Shown: positions 12,155 through 25,100 of the stretch, in pieces
How positions within the stretch are numbered: position 1 is the stretch's first letter
How the letters are laid out: each line of letters opens with the position of its first letter
Source: Torpedo marmorata
Taxonomy: Eukaryota
Length of the DNA stretch: 64,000 bases
Assembly: GCA_977017645.1 (NCBI GenBank)
Contig: OZ360247.1
Span: 17,732,001-17,796,000 of the forward strand
Direction: 5' to 3'
Made by a program: the position numbers and the translations under genes
Notes under the pieces: model-generated
Seen by the model: the letters and a program-made list of their open reading frames with translations, nothing else
The model's database searches: none
What the model was told of the DNA's origin: nothing

Positions 12155-12994
12155 ATGGCGGCGCTGCCGGAGCCGCTGTAGCGGCAGCGCTGCCACTGGT
12201 GCGGACCTGCGGGGAGCGAGGGAGCGGAGATCCAGCGCTCCTGTGGGGTCCAGTCGCCCAGTCGACTGCCATCGGTTCCGCACGGGCTTTAAAGGAGCCG
12301 ATGGTGGTTTTATTTAAGATCCCGCGACCGCGGGGTCTGCGCCCAAGATGGCAGCGCATTTTAACCGGCAGCAGCCACGAGGGGCTGCAGACTCCGGGGA
12401 GGTGGAGGACTGGAGCAGGGCACCAGAGGATGGGAAGATCACCCCCGTCTGAGAAGGAGAAGCGGAGGAGACGACCGACGGGACGGTGACCACGGCGGCG
12501 GACCGTTGAGGGGATCTGAGGCTGAAGGACCAGTGCATGCGGCAGGCTGCTGGCGACGCGAGGCGAGGAACCCGCAGAGGCTGTGGGCTGCTGGAGACTG
12601 CTGTCGGGGGACTCACGCCGGGCTGCGGACTGCTGGAGGCTGGCTTGAACTGGCTGGAGGAGTACCAGGTATCGGAACCGGGATGCGAGGGGGTGCCGAG
12701 GGCGACCTGACCGTGTTGGAGGTTCGGATCTGGAGCTCGGGATGCCGATGGTTTGAACTGGACTCTGTATGGCTGCGGAGGCTGCGGAAGCGCTGGAGGC
12801 GAATCTATGGAAACTTGGTGACTCTGGGGGGACTCACTTTTGCTTCTCTTTCTCTGACTGTAAGGAATGTTAGAGGCGCTTAGGCAATTTCTGCCGGTGG
12901 TGAATCTGTCTGCCTTGCAGCAGGCAAAAATAAATTTCATGGAATATGACACTGTCTTATTACTATGACAATAAATTGAATCTTGAATCTTGAA
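12155..12994 (+). mobile_element. GC-rich non-autonomous retroelement, copy 2
   Basis: Same ATGGCGGCGCTGCCGGAGCC start and (CTTGAAT)n tail as 8336-9171. Confidence 0.8.
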
Positions 12995-15802
12995 AGTTGT
13001 TGTAGGATCCTGGCAGTAGGATTCTCGCTGTCTGATCGTCTCTGTGGGATTGTTGTGTGGCAATAATCTGACAACAATCCTACAGATATATCTTTGCTGC
13101 TCAAATTTAGGCCTTAGACTAATATCTAATTCTCCACTAAACGTCATATTTCTCAACTATATTTTTCTTACTGTTATAGGAGATAGTTCATAGTGTCATA
13201 GAGTCACAGCAGTGAAACAGGCCCTTCCCCAACTTGTCTCTACCAACCAAGTTATCAACTTAAACTTGTCCTATTTGCCTACATTTGGCCCATTTCTATT
13301 CATAAATAGGATTTCACAAGATCTTTTTAAAAATTCTTTCGGAGCCTCAGAGATTTTTCACAGTTTGTTCACTCTAATATTCTGGAGATTATTTTTAATT
13401 CCTCAAGCAAATATATTGAAGGACCCATCACACACACTTCTCCCTCCTCCCATCGGCGAGAAACCTTAAGAGTGTGAAATCACACACTAACAGGCTTAAA
13501 AAACAGTTTCTTCCCCGCAGCCATCAGGCTCCTGAATGAACACATAACAGTGCTCTCACGCTGCCTTTGATTGGTGCTCAATGATCTTCCTTATCATTGT
13601 AACTCTAAACACTGTAACGATGTTCAATATTAGAGATAACAGAACATTACAGCACAGTACAGGCAATGTTGTGCCGACCTATATAAGCCTACTCAACAAT
13701 CTAAACTTTCCCTACCTCAACTAAGTCACCTGTTAGCCCTTCTCACTGTACTAAGTATTTTGTGGAAAATAAACTGAACCTTAATCCTGTGGGCATGCCA
13801 GTGCTGTTCACAGACAGGTTCAACGAGGAACATACCCCTGAGGGCAGTGAGCAATGGGCATAAAGGCTTGACCTGGCCAGTGATGCTCTTGTTCTCAACA
13901 GCATGACACAGAGGCGGTTGGTCTGAACCTTGCACACCAGCATCCCCTAATGGTGCATGCCTGGTGTTACTGAAGGGTTTGAAGGAACTGCCTTTCTGTG
14001 GCTTCCATGCACCCTGTCACAGTGTTAAGGGAATTAAATAAAGGAACATTTGGAACTAAAGACAACAAATATAATCAACCATATCATCCATTTAAGCTCA
14101 ATGTGGAAGTCATGTTGTCCGCAGATGGACCATAATTTAGACTTTATCCCTGCAAACAGGAGTGAGCTTCTCCAAATTGTCCACCCATTCAATTAGACAA
14201 TGGGTGGCTGGGATCCACCAACCTTGGTTCTGTATCTTTGCAAAGTTCTATTGATCTGCACCCTCCTTGGCCTCATCCTCAACAGTCTTCTGTGAGGAAA
14301 AAAAGTGTTCCAGATTTCTGCTCCCCTTTGTGCATCCCAGTCGCTGATTCATGTTACATCTTGTTTGTGCTAAACCCCACAGGTCCTGTTAGACCCCACA
14401 GGCCTTCGCAACCACAGCTGTCAGCTTAGGAGGTGCTAATGATGTGAGGAGATAAACTGAGAATCTGAGGTCAGAGGAAGATGCTGCAGAAACCAGGTTG
14501 AGGAAATTGCCACAATTGTGAGGTGTGCAAGTCCCGAGGATGCTCTCAGTCGTCGATGCCTGGGGCTCCCTCATCACTGACTCTGTGTTTGAAATGTTGC
14601 CTCTCTGAGATGATTGTCCATTTTCTCGTGGACGGTGCATTTGCCAAGATCTTCAAAGGGATGAACTGGTTGAGATCTGTCCTGACCCAGCTGCATAACA
14701 GAGGGCTCTCTGATCAACAGGCCAATCCCAGGGTCACACATCAGGACAATCATTAACTGCCAATGCAAGATCTCTCAGCCTGTCCCTTCCCATTTATTAA
14801 AATTTTCACCATCTTGTTAGTCTGCACCAAAATATCCACCCTCCCCTGTCTCTGCAAGGTCGTCCAGCTCTCTGTGTTCCTCGAGTTCTGGTCTGATCTT
14901 CCTTCACCTGTACACTCCTGATTACTCTCTATCTCTCTCTCTCTCGGCACACACACTCATTCTCACTCACTCTTTCTCTCTCTACCACTTTGATTGAGTA
15001 AAGGGTAAAGAGGAGCACAGGCCAGCAGGTGATCGGTGGATAAAGGTGGGAGGAGGAAGAGGAGAAAGGAGCTGGGAGTTGATGAGGAGGGCTCTGATGG
15101 GAGAAGGGGGCGGGGAGCTGGAGGAAATGAGTCAGAGGGGTGAGAGAAAGAGAGACAAGAGGGGAGGGTTGGAGACTGCCGGGATGGAATACAAAGGTGT
15201 TTGTTGTTCCTCCAATTTACAAAACCAAAACTCAAATTTACGTTTCCTCTTGCACTAGCCTTTTCTCCGGGTGTTAATATTTGACCTGTAAAAGGTTCTA
15301 TAAAGTGCTTTGCGGCGTTTTAACACGTAAAGATGCTATATAAATGCAAGTGTCGCGCAGTTAGTGTCCCGCAGAGCGGAAGAGCGATAGATAATTGACA
15401 AACTGAATGTCACTCCAAGGACTTGCCTTGTGCACAACTGATGGCTCAGGCGCCTCGACAGAGGCCTCAGAGAAAAAGTCACAAGAGTTCTTTAATCGCT
15501 GGCATTATCCCTTTAATATAATATCAAATTATCTTCGGTGTACAGTATTTGTTTTGGTTTTGTAATCGGGGCAATTCCCACTGTTATAAAACCTGCACAT
15601 GAAAGAGAACTCCAGGAGGAGGCGCTTTTAGTTGTTTTTTTTAAAGATAAAAGGCGATATGGAAATAAAATGAAAGGGCTTCAAGTGTTGAGCGAGGTGG
15701 GTGGGGGGCCGTGCACCCCGCGCCCACCCGCCGATACATTTCATCCGATGGATACATTGCGGTGGGGAATGTTACATCCGATTGTTACATTTCGCTACTC
15801 AC

Positions 15803-16012
15803 GTCCTGGTCACACTTATAACTCTTCCTCATGGCGGCCACGTCCAGCGAGCGCCGGGGGACGGAGGAGGACATACCGTGGAGTCTCGGAGCGGGTGCCT
15901 GCCTCTTCTCACTGATCCGCGTCTGCGTGGGTCGTCTGGTCTCACTGATCCGCGTCTGCGTGGGCCGTCTGGTGAAACTGATCCTCAGCCTGTCAGTTAC
16001 ACGCCGCCACAT
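15803..16012 (-). CDS. PNPO: PNPO exon 1 coding part (MWRRVTDRLR...SLDVAAMRKSYKCDQD)
   Basis: CpG-rich. LDVAAMRKSY resembles human MDLGPMRKSY (recalled). Phase-0 donor GAC|gtgagt joins exon 2. The start codon could instead be the downstream MSSS ATG. Confidence 0.9.
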
Positions 16013-16289
16013 CGCGTGTGGGTCTCCTCGCACTCCAAAACCGCGAAGGCTCTCACACAAGATAGTTCCCCGTAATAATATTGCTAAATAAGCAAATACT
16101 TTCCAGACTTGGTAATAATTAATTGTAATTCTTATTTATTAAGCAGTGTTTTTTTTAAATTCATGCACGATATATGGGTGTGGTTGGCATTTATTGCCCA
16201 TCCCTCGTGCCCGTGAGCAAGCAACGCTGCAGTCCGTCAGAGGAGGTGCCTCACGGAGCTGGTTGGGAGGGAGTTACACGCAATGACAT

Positions 16290-16858
16290 GATAAACCCTG
16301 GTAAATTTCTACAGATGTGTGGTGAAAAGTGTGCTGACCGGCTGCATCACGGTCTGGTATGGGGACATCAATACCCCTGAGCGTAAAGCCCTGCAAAAGG
16401 TAGTGGACACAGACCAGGACATCACAGGCAAAATCCTCCCCACCATCGAGAACATCTACAGGGAACGCTGCCTTCGGAGAGCAGCAGCAATCATCAAAGA
16501 CCAACACCACCCAGCACACGCTCTGTTCTCACTGCTGCCATCAGGAAAGAGGTATAGGTGCCACAAGACTCTCACCACCAGGTTCAGGAACAGCTGCTAC
16601 CCCTCCACCATCAGACTCCTCAACAACAAACTCAATCAGGGACTCATTTAAGGACTCTTACTTTTGCACTTTATTGATTTTTTTCCCTCTGTATTGCACA
16701 GTCAGTTTGTTTACATTTCTTTATTTGTTTACATGTGTACTTTACAGTTTTTTTTGCACTACCAATATAAGTGGTAATTCTGCCTCGCCCACAGGAGAAA
16801 GAATCTCAGAGTTGTGTGTGATGTGTATGTATTCTGACAATAAATCTGAAACCTAAAT
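16290..16858 (+). mobile_element. Rex1/Babar LINE 3' fragment, just upstream of PNPO
   Basis: ORF 16319-16651 (SVLTGCITVWYG..LPSGKRYR); ends GACAATAAATCTGA. Confidence 0.9.
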
Positions 16859-18491
16859 ATCTAAAGACCATGAGGAATGGTGATATATTTCCAAGACAGG
16901 ATGTGATGCGACTTAAAGTGGAACCTGCACCTGTTGGCTTTCACCTTGCAAGGAGAAGGCAGCGAGTTTGGGAGGTGTTATCCAAGAACCCTTGTCAGGA
17001 TCTTGCTGAGGTTGGTTCTCGTGGCTGCTCTGAAAGAGGATGTGAGAGGACAGTCAGTGGGGAGAATCCCTTCCATCGCTCTGACAGATTGCTCAGTGTG
17101 TGAAGGGTTAGCACCTTCCTCAACTAAGACCGTATGTTACTACCCCGGCCACACTCTCTTTCACCCACCTCCCATCAATAAGAAGATCCTACTCATAAGA
17201 CTCTAGATAAGACTCTAGTGGGCAGAGGAGTTAAGGGTTATGGGGATAAGGCTGGTAAGGGGTACTGATAGTAATTATCAGCCATGATCTGTAAAATGGC
17301 GGTGCTGGCTCGACGGGCCGAAGGGCCTACTCCAGCTCCTATTGTCTATTGTCATAAATACTCAGATATTTTCATTTCTCCCTTCTCTATCAGAGAGTTG
17401 TGGGGACCACAGCAGAAACATCCACATCACAGCCCCAGGGTCACCCTGATCCCAGTCCTGCTGTAACCAACATAATTTAGCCTGGCCTGAAGAGAGAATG
17501 ATAGAAACGTACCACATGCAAGGAGGCCATTCCACTGAGTGTACCTCAGCTAGCAGAAAATGCCTGTACTGTTGAAACATCACTTTTTTCTTACACTGCT
17601 GCAACTGTAAATATTTATTTATCTACATTTATATTTATTTTCTGTCTTGACACATTGTGATCATTTAGTTTATTCTACTGTCGGTGAAGTACGTAAGAAT
17701 TTCAGTGCATCTGTACACTGTAATTATGCACATGACAATAAACTCTTACCTCACTTCAAATCATTCCCCAGGCTAATCCCACCCCCTCTCCACCCCCAGC
17801 TCTCAGATAGGAAGACTTTAGAAGGATATAGACCAAATGCAGGCAAATAGGACTGGCCCAGAATGCCAACTTGGTCAGCCAGGACCCAGGACAATTTGGG
17901 CTGAAGGGCTTGTTTCAGTGCTGTATGACCCAGTGACTCTTGGTCTACAGCTGCAGATTGAGTATTTAATTCATAAATTCATTTTTAAAGCCATCAAGAT
18001 CATCAGCTTCAGTAATGCAGAGGACAAAAGCAAGGAAGTTATGCTGGACATTTATAAATCAGTAATTAGACAGTCCACTGGAGGAACCCAGCGGTGGAGC
18101 AGCATCTGTGGGGGGGGGGCAATAATTAGGCTGCAGAGGCTCAGTTGGAAGCAATCCTGTTCCTCAGTCTGTTATGGGTTCAACCTCCCACTCCCCATCC
18201 CCCAACTTGTGACATGAGTATAAATATCCAGACTGATGATGATGCAGTCAGCAAATGTTTCACCTTTGGAAGATTTGTAAAATGGATCCCCTTACTGCCC
18301 TCAGTGAATGTAAATGAACCCAGAAACTGTTTTGAAGAAAAACCAAGGGATTTCTTCCTAGTGCCTTAATCCCTCAATTACTTAAATCAGATTGTGCGCT
18401 CACTTCCCTTGTAGAGCACTTCTGTAGCTAGAAAGCATTTGTTGTGGATTTTTTTTTTTAAACTGAGGATCATTTACACCTCAAATAGTGG

Positions 18492-19301
18492 AAGGAATTA
18501 TGTAAATTAAGTATGACGAAGATTATCAATGTTAGATATAGATTAGTACAATACAACTTTTTTCATCAATTATATTTAACACCAAAAAATTAAAGAAATT
18601 TAACCCGACATTATCAGGTTTATGTTTTAGATGTAATAAAGAGGAAGGGTCTTTTGTACATTCTACATGGTTTTGTCCAAAAGTTTATGATTTTTGGTTG
18701 AAAGTTAAAAAGTTTTTAGATAAAGTATTTAAGATTATATTTCCGATGGATCCTATGATATTTTTGTTTGGAGATATTAAAAAATTTGGTATTAATATGA
18801 AATTAAATATGTATCAAATAGAATTTTTGCAAATTGCTTTAGCTGTTTCAAAGAAATGCATTGCTATTACTTGGAAATCTGATGTTGATTTAGGGTTAGA
18901 AAGATGGCATGCAGAACTTCTTTCTTGTATACCACTTGAAAAAATTACTTATAATTTACAGAATAAATATCATTTCTTTTTAAAAATATGGAGCCCTTAT
19001 ATGAAAGCTGTTGGCTTAAGGATTTGAAGATCTCTGGACATTGGATCTACTAGCTACCTAACCTCCATAATAGAATTAGTTTATAGATGTATTTATTAGA
19101 TTGACATTCTCCTTACCTTATCTTTTTCTTCTTATTTCTTTCTTTTTATATTTTATTAGATTAGTGGGGTTGGGAGGGTTGGGGAGGGGAGGGTGGGAGG
19201 GGGGGTGAAAATGTATCACAAGTATTTTTGACAATTTTATATTTTATTCTATGTATTTTGTGATTTAAAATTTTAAATAAAATATTTTAAAAATAAATAA
19301 A
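18492..19301 (+). mobile_element. L1-clade LINE 3' fragment
   Basis: ORF2 C-terminus with CxxC..HxxxxC knuckle; G-rich 3' UTR; A-rich tail; TSD AAATAGTGG (18483-18491 / 19302-19310). Confidence 0.93.
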
Positions 19302-19360
19302 AAATAGTGGGCCTGGAAACCATGATGCAGACTATTGGGCCGTGCGGATTTATTCACCTT

Positions 19361-21462
19361 TTTTAAAAATATTTTATTTAAAATTTTTAAATCACAAAAT
19401 ACATAAAATAGAATATAAAATTATCAAATTATTTGTAATACATTTTCACCCCCCTCCATCCCTCCCCTCCCCAACCTTCCCAACCCCACTAATCTAATAA
19501 AAAATAAAAATATAAAATAAAAATAGAAAAAGAAGAAGAAAAAGAAAGAAAAAGATAGAGTAAGGGGAATGCCAATCTATAAACTAATTCTATTATGGAG
19601 GTCAAGTATGCCAGTAGATCCGATATCCAGAGATCTTCAAATCCTTAAACCAACAGCTTTCATATATGGGCTCCAAATTTTTAAGAAGAAATGATATTTA
19701 TTACGTAAATTATAAGTAATTTTTTCAAGTGGTATACACGAACGAAGTTCTGAATGCCATCTTTCTAATCCTAAATCTAAATCAGATTTCCAAGTAATAG
19801 CAATGCATTTCTTTGAAACAGCTAAAGCAATTCGCAAAAATTCTATTTGATACATATTTAATTTCATCTTAATACTAAATTTTCTAATATCTCCAAACAA
19901 AAATATCATAGGATCCATTGGAAATATAATCTTAAATACTTTATCTAAAAAATGTTTAACTTTCAACCAAAAATCATAAACTTTTGGACAAAACCATGTA
20001 GAGTGTACAAAAGACCCTTCTGATAGTGTCGGATTAAATGTCTTTAGTTTTTTAGGTGTTAAATATAATTGATGAAAAAAATTGTATTGTACTAATCTAT
20101 ATCTAACATTAATAATCTTCGTCATACTTAATTTACATAATTCTTTCCAATGATTTTCATCTATTCTTACATTCAAATCTAATTCCCATTTTAATCTTGA
20201 TTTATGCAATCCTACTTTAGGCATTTTCCTCTGAAACAATCTATACATTTGAGAAATAAATTTATTAACATCTCTATTAGTAACTAATAATTCTAATTCA
20301 TTTTGTCTTGGTAAAATCAAAGCATAACCTAATTTCTCAATCAAAAAAGCTCTAATTTGATAATAAGCAAAAAGTGTATTATCTAATATATTAAATTTAT
20401 CTTTCATTCTTTGAAAAGTAATAAATTTCCCAGCTTCAAAACAATCATTAATCTTCTTAATTCCTTTTTGAAACCAAATTTTAAATAATTGATTATTAAT
20501 AGTAAATGGAATAAGTCCATTTTGATATAAAGGCATCCTTGGAGAAATCAATCCTTTTCCTCCTATTTCCTTATCTGTCTTATTCCATATTTCTTATAAA
20601 TGTTTAAAAATAGGCGAATTTTTCTTTCTTGTTGATATTAATTTAGAATCCCATTTATAAATAATTTCTTCTTTGGAATTTTCTCCTATATTATTTAATT
20701 CTATTTTAATCCAAGCAGAAGATTTAGTTGAATCAAAAAATTCATTAACAAATTTTAGTTGAGCTGCTTTATAATAATTTTGGAAATTAGGAAGTTGTAA
20801 ACCACCCATTTCATAATTCCAAGTTAATTTTTCCATACCTACTCTTGCTAACTTTCCTTTCCACAAAAATGTTCTAATAATTGAATTTAAATCTTTAAAA
20901 ATTTTTTAAGGAATTCCATAAGGAATTGATTGAAAAAGATATTGAATTCTTGGAAAAACATTCATTTTAATACAGTTTACTCTTCCCATTAAAGTTATAG
21001 GTAAATCTTTCCAATTTTCTAAATCTTTCTTTATTTTCACAAATAATGGTAGATAATTTAATTTGTATAAATTAGCCAATTTTGTATCAACCCTTATTCC
21101 CAAATATTTAATTCCTTCCTTTGCCCATTTAAATTGTGTGATTTCTTTACATCTACTATAATCCCCTTGTGATAATGCCATAATTTCACTTTTATCAGAA
21201 TTAATTTTATATCCTGATATTTCCCCATATTCTCTCAATAAGACAGACAATTGTATTAAAGATGTATTAGATTTTGTCATATATATCAATACATCATCTG
21301 CAAACAGACTAATTTTATGTTCTTCCATTCCAACTTTAATACCAACTATTTTAGGATCTTTTCTAACTAATTCTGCCAAAGGTTCTATCGCCAAAATAAA
21401 TAATCCTGATGACAAAGGACATCCTTGTCTAGTAGATCGAGTCAAAGGAAATTTTGAAGAAA
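19361..21462 (-). mobile_element. L1-clade LINE, 5'-truncated in RT
   Basis: RQGCPLS and LFADD motifs; 15-bp TSD GGATTTATTCACCTT (19346-19360 / 21463-21477). Confidence 0.95.
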
Positions 21463-22117
21463 GGATTTATTCACCTTCAATCCCATCGATTTCCATAATT
21501 CCTACTCATTCCGATTTCCTTCAGTTCCTCACTCTAACCAGACATTAGGTTCCCCAATGTTTCTGGGACGTTATTTGATTCCTTCCTTGTGAAGCCAGAA
21601 CCAAAGTATTTGTTCAGTTGTTCTGCAATGTCTGTATTCCCCATTATAAATGTCCCTGTTTCTGACTGTAAGAGGCTACATTTATCTTCACTGTTTTTTT
21701 ATTCAGTGATCTATAGAAAGCTTTACTGTTGATTTCAAGTCCACTAACCAAGTCTGGTGAGTGATTGTGAGAAGAGAAACCAAGTTAATGATTCAAGTTG
21801 AAGATCCGTTATCTGAACTGATACAGGTTCATTGACCTTCAGCGTCAACTGTTTCTTTTTCCACAGATTTTGGGTATTTCTGGCTCTTTCTGTTTTTATC
21901 CGAACCTTTGTGATCTTTCTTCATCAATAAAATCTTCCGGTTGCAATAGCATCCTTGAAGATTCCATCTTTCCTGTGAGGTGGAGACCAGAACTACACAC
22001 TGTTTTCAAGCTGTGGTCAAACAAACATTGTAAACAATTCTCACATAACCTCCCTGTTCTTATATTCTAGATCTGGGCTAATAAAATAAAGCATTCTGTG
22101 TATCCTTTTATATCCTG

Positions 22118-25100
22118 TGTGACGAATGTGCTATGATTAATCTTTAGTTTAATGTTAAAACTATATTTCATCTAGAGATGGCTTAGTAAGTTAGTTTTGG
22201 ATGGTTTCAGGAACACAAAGACAACACATTTGCATTTTAAACACACATGGTTCTTTGAGATGGCAGATGGCCATTTGCAGAGACAGAATGTCTGCTGATT
22301 GCAGTTGAAGCCAAGAGATGAAAGGCTTTATGATGGTTCTTGAGATACTGAAAACAATAGGTGTTGGCTCAGAAGCACCTGTGTAAATGCAGATCCATTC
22401 TGTGTCCATGTGAATAGACATCACGGAGTCTAAGTGGACTGAGATACTTTTAGCACATAAGTGTGAAGAAGACATTATGAACTTCAAAGACAGAAATTAT
22501 GTCATATACCATGTGACATGAGAGATGTGCAAGAAATATATTATCGAACTCGGAGACAAAGGAGTCAGTTTAAGAAAATTTGACATCCTGGAAAGACAGG
22601 ATTGGAATAGTAATCTCTGGAAAGAGAGGGAGATGCTGTTCTGTCTTGTATCATCCTTATCATAGGAGATACACAACATAAGTGGCTTTTAAAGAAGTGA
22701 GACCACTTCCGACTGCCTCTAAGGAAAGGGGGCAGCCTCGTGTGTTACTTCAGATTAAAAAAGAAATCCAAATATCGCCAAAATTTTCTTTAACACGTTC
22801 TATGAGACAGGGATGTCCTCTGTCACCAGCTTTATTTGTTTTGGCGATAGAACCCTTGGCTGAATTAGTTAGAAAAGATCCTAAGATAGTGGGTATTAAA
22901 GTTGGTATGGAAGAAAATAAGATTAGTTTGTTTGCAGATGATGTATTGATATATATGACAAAATCTATTACATCACTTCAACAACTATCTATCATATTAA
23001 GAGAATATGGTGAAATATCTGGATATAAAATTAATTCTGATAAAAGTGAAATAATGGCTTTATCTCAAGGTGATTATACTAGATGTAAAGAAATTACACA
23101 ATTTAAATGGGCTAAAGAAGGAATTAAATATTTGGGAGTTAAGGTTGATACAAAATTGGAAAATTTATATAAATTAAATTATCTACCATTATTTGTGAAA
23201 ATAAAGAAAGATTTAGAGAATTGGAAAGATTTACCCATAACTTTAATGGGAAAAGTAAATTGTATTAAAATGAATATTTTTCCAAGAGTTCAGTATCTTT
23301 TTCAATCAATTCCTTTTGGAATTCCTCAAAAATTTTTTAAAGATTTAAATTTTATTATTAGGAAATTTTTATGGAAAGGAAAGTTAGCAAGAGTAAGTAT
23401 GGAAAAGTTAACTTGGAATTATGAGATGGGTGGATTGCAACTTCCTAATTTTCAAAATTATTATAAAGCAGCTCAATTAAAATTTGTTAATGAATTTTTT
23501 GATTCAACTAAATCTTCTGCTTGGATTAAAATAGAATTAAATAATATAGGAGAAAATCTTAAAGAAGAAATTATTTATAAATGGGATTCTAAATTAATAT
23601 CAATAAAAAAGAAAAATTCACCAATTATTAAACATTTGTTAGAAATATGGGGTAAGACGGATAAAGAAATAGGTGGAAAAGGATTAATTTCTTCAAATAT
23701 GCCATTATATCAAAATGGACTTATATCATTTACTGTTAATAATCAGTTACTTAAAATTTGGTTTCATAAAGGTATTAAGAAGATTAATGATTGTTTTGAA
23801 GCTGGAAAATTTATTACGTTTCAAAGAATGAAAGATAAATTTAATATACCAGATAATACATTTTTAGCTTATTATCAAGTTAAAGCTTTTTTGACTGAGA
23901 AATTAGGTTATGCTTTAATTTTACTGAGACAAAATGAGTTAGAATTATTAGTTACTAATGGAGATGTCAATAAATTTATTTCTCAAATGTATAAATTGTT
24001 TCAGAGGAAAATGCCTAAAATAGGATTGCATAAATCAAGATTAAAATGGGAATTAGATTTAAATGTAAATATAGATGAAAATCATTGGAAAGATTTATGT
24101 AAATTAAGTATGACGAAGATTATCAATGTTAGATATAGATTAGTACAATATAATTTTTTTCATCAATTATATTTAACACCTAAAAAATTAAAGAAATTTA
24201 ATCCGACATTATCAGGCTTATGTTTTAGATGCAATAGAGAGGAAGGTTCTTTTGTTCATTCTACATGGTTTTGTCCAAAAATTCAAGATTTTTGGTTGAA
24301 AGTTAAAAAAATTTTAGATAAAGTATTTAACATTGCATTTCTAATGGATCCTATGTTATTTTTATTTGGAGATATTAAAAAATTTAGTATTAAAAAGAAA
24401 TTAAATATGTTTCAAGTAGAATTTTTGCGAACTGCTTTAGCTGTTTCAAAAAAATGCATTGCTATTACTTGGAAATCTGATTTAGATTTAGGACTAGAAA
24501 GATGGCATGCAGAACTTCGTTCGTGTATACCACTGGAAAAAATTACTTATAATTTACGTAATAAATATCACTTTTTATTGAAAATTTGGAGCCCATATAT
24601 GAGAGCTGTCGGTTTAAGGATTTGAAGATCTCTAGATATCAGATCTGCTGGCATATTTGACCTCCATAATAGAATTAGTTTAGAAGGTATTCCCCTCATT
24701 CTATTCTTTTCTTTCTTTTTTCTATTTTATTTTAATTTTTATTTTTTATTAGATTAGTCAGGATGGGGGGGTTGGGGAGGGGAGGGAGGGTGGGGGGGGT
24801 GAAAATGTATCACATGTATTTTGATAATTTTATATTTTATCTCATGTATTTTGTGATTTAAAAATTTAAATAAAATAATAAAATAAAAAAAAAGATTAAG
24901 AAAGAAATCATCGTGGAAAACAGACTCCGTAACTCTTAGGTAAGATAAGGTGGAGTTTGTGAAATCACTTGCATGAAGAAGAATATATCTCTGAAAGACA
25001 GCTCATCAAAAGACGTGTGAGTTTGAAAGAAATCGGGTGCTTCACTCTTGCTTTATAATTACTTCTGAACAACAATTTAAAGGGATCCTGAAGTTCAACA

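Noticed and set aside
14380-15500. Possible exon of SP6 or another nested gene
   Set aside because: Only short ORFs with no recognisable homology or convincing splice pair; the region is inside PNPO intron 1.
22682-24625. 647-aa ORF as a host gene or domesticated RT
   Set aside because: It is the 3' half of L1 ORF2 bounded by a TSD. It lacks the endonuclease and N-terminal RT motifs, and the start is a GTG in flanking LTR sequence.
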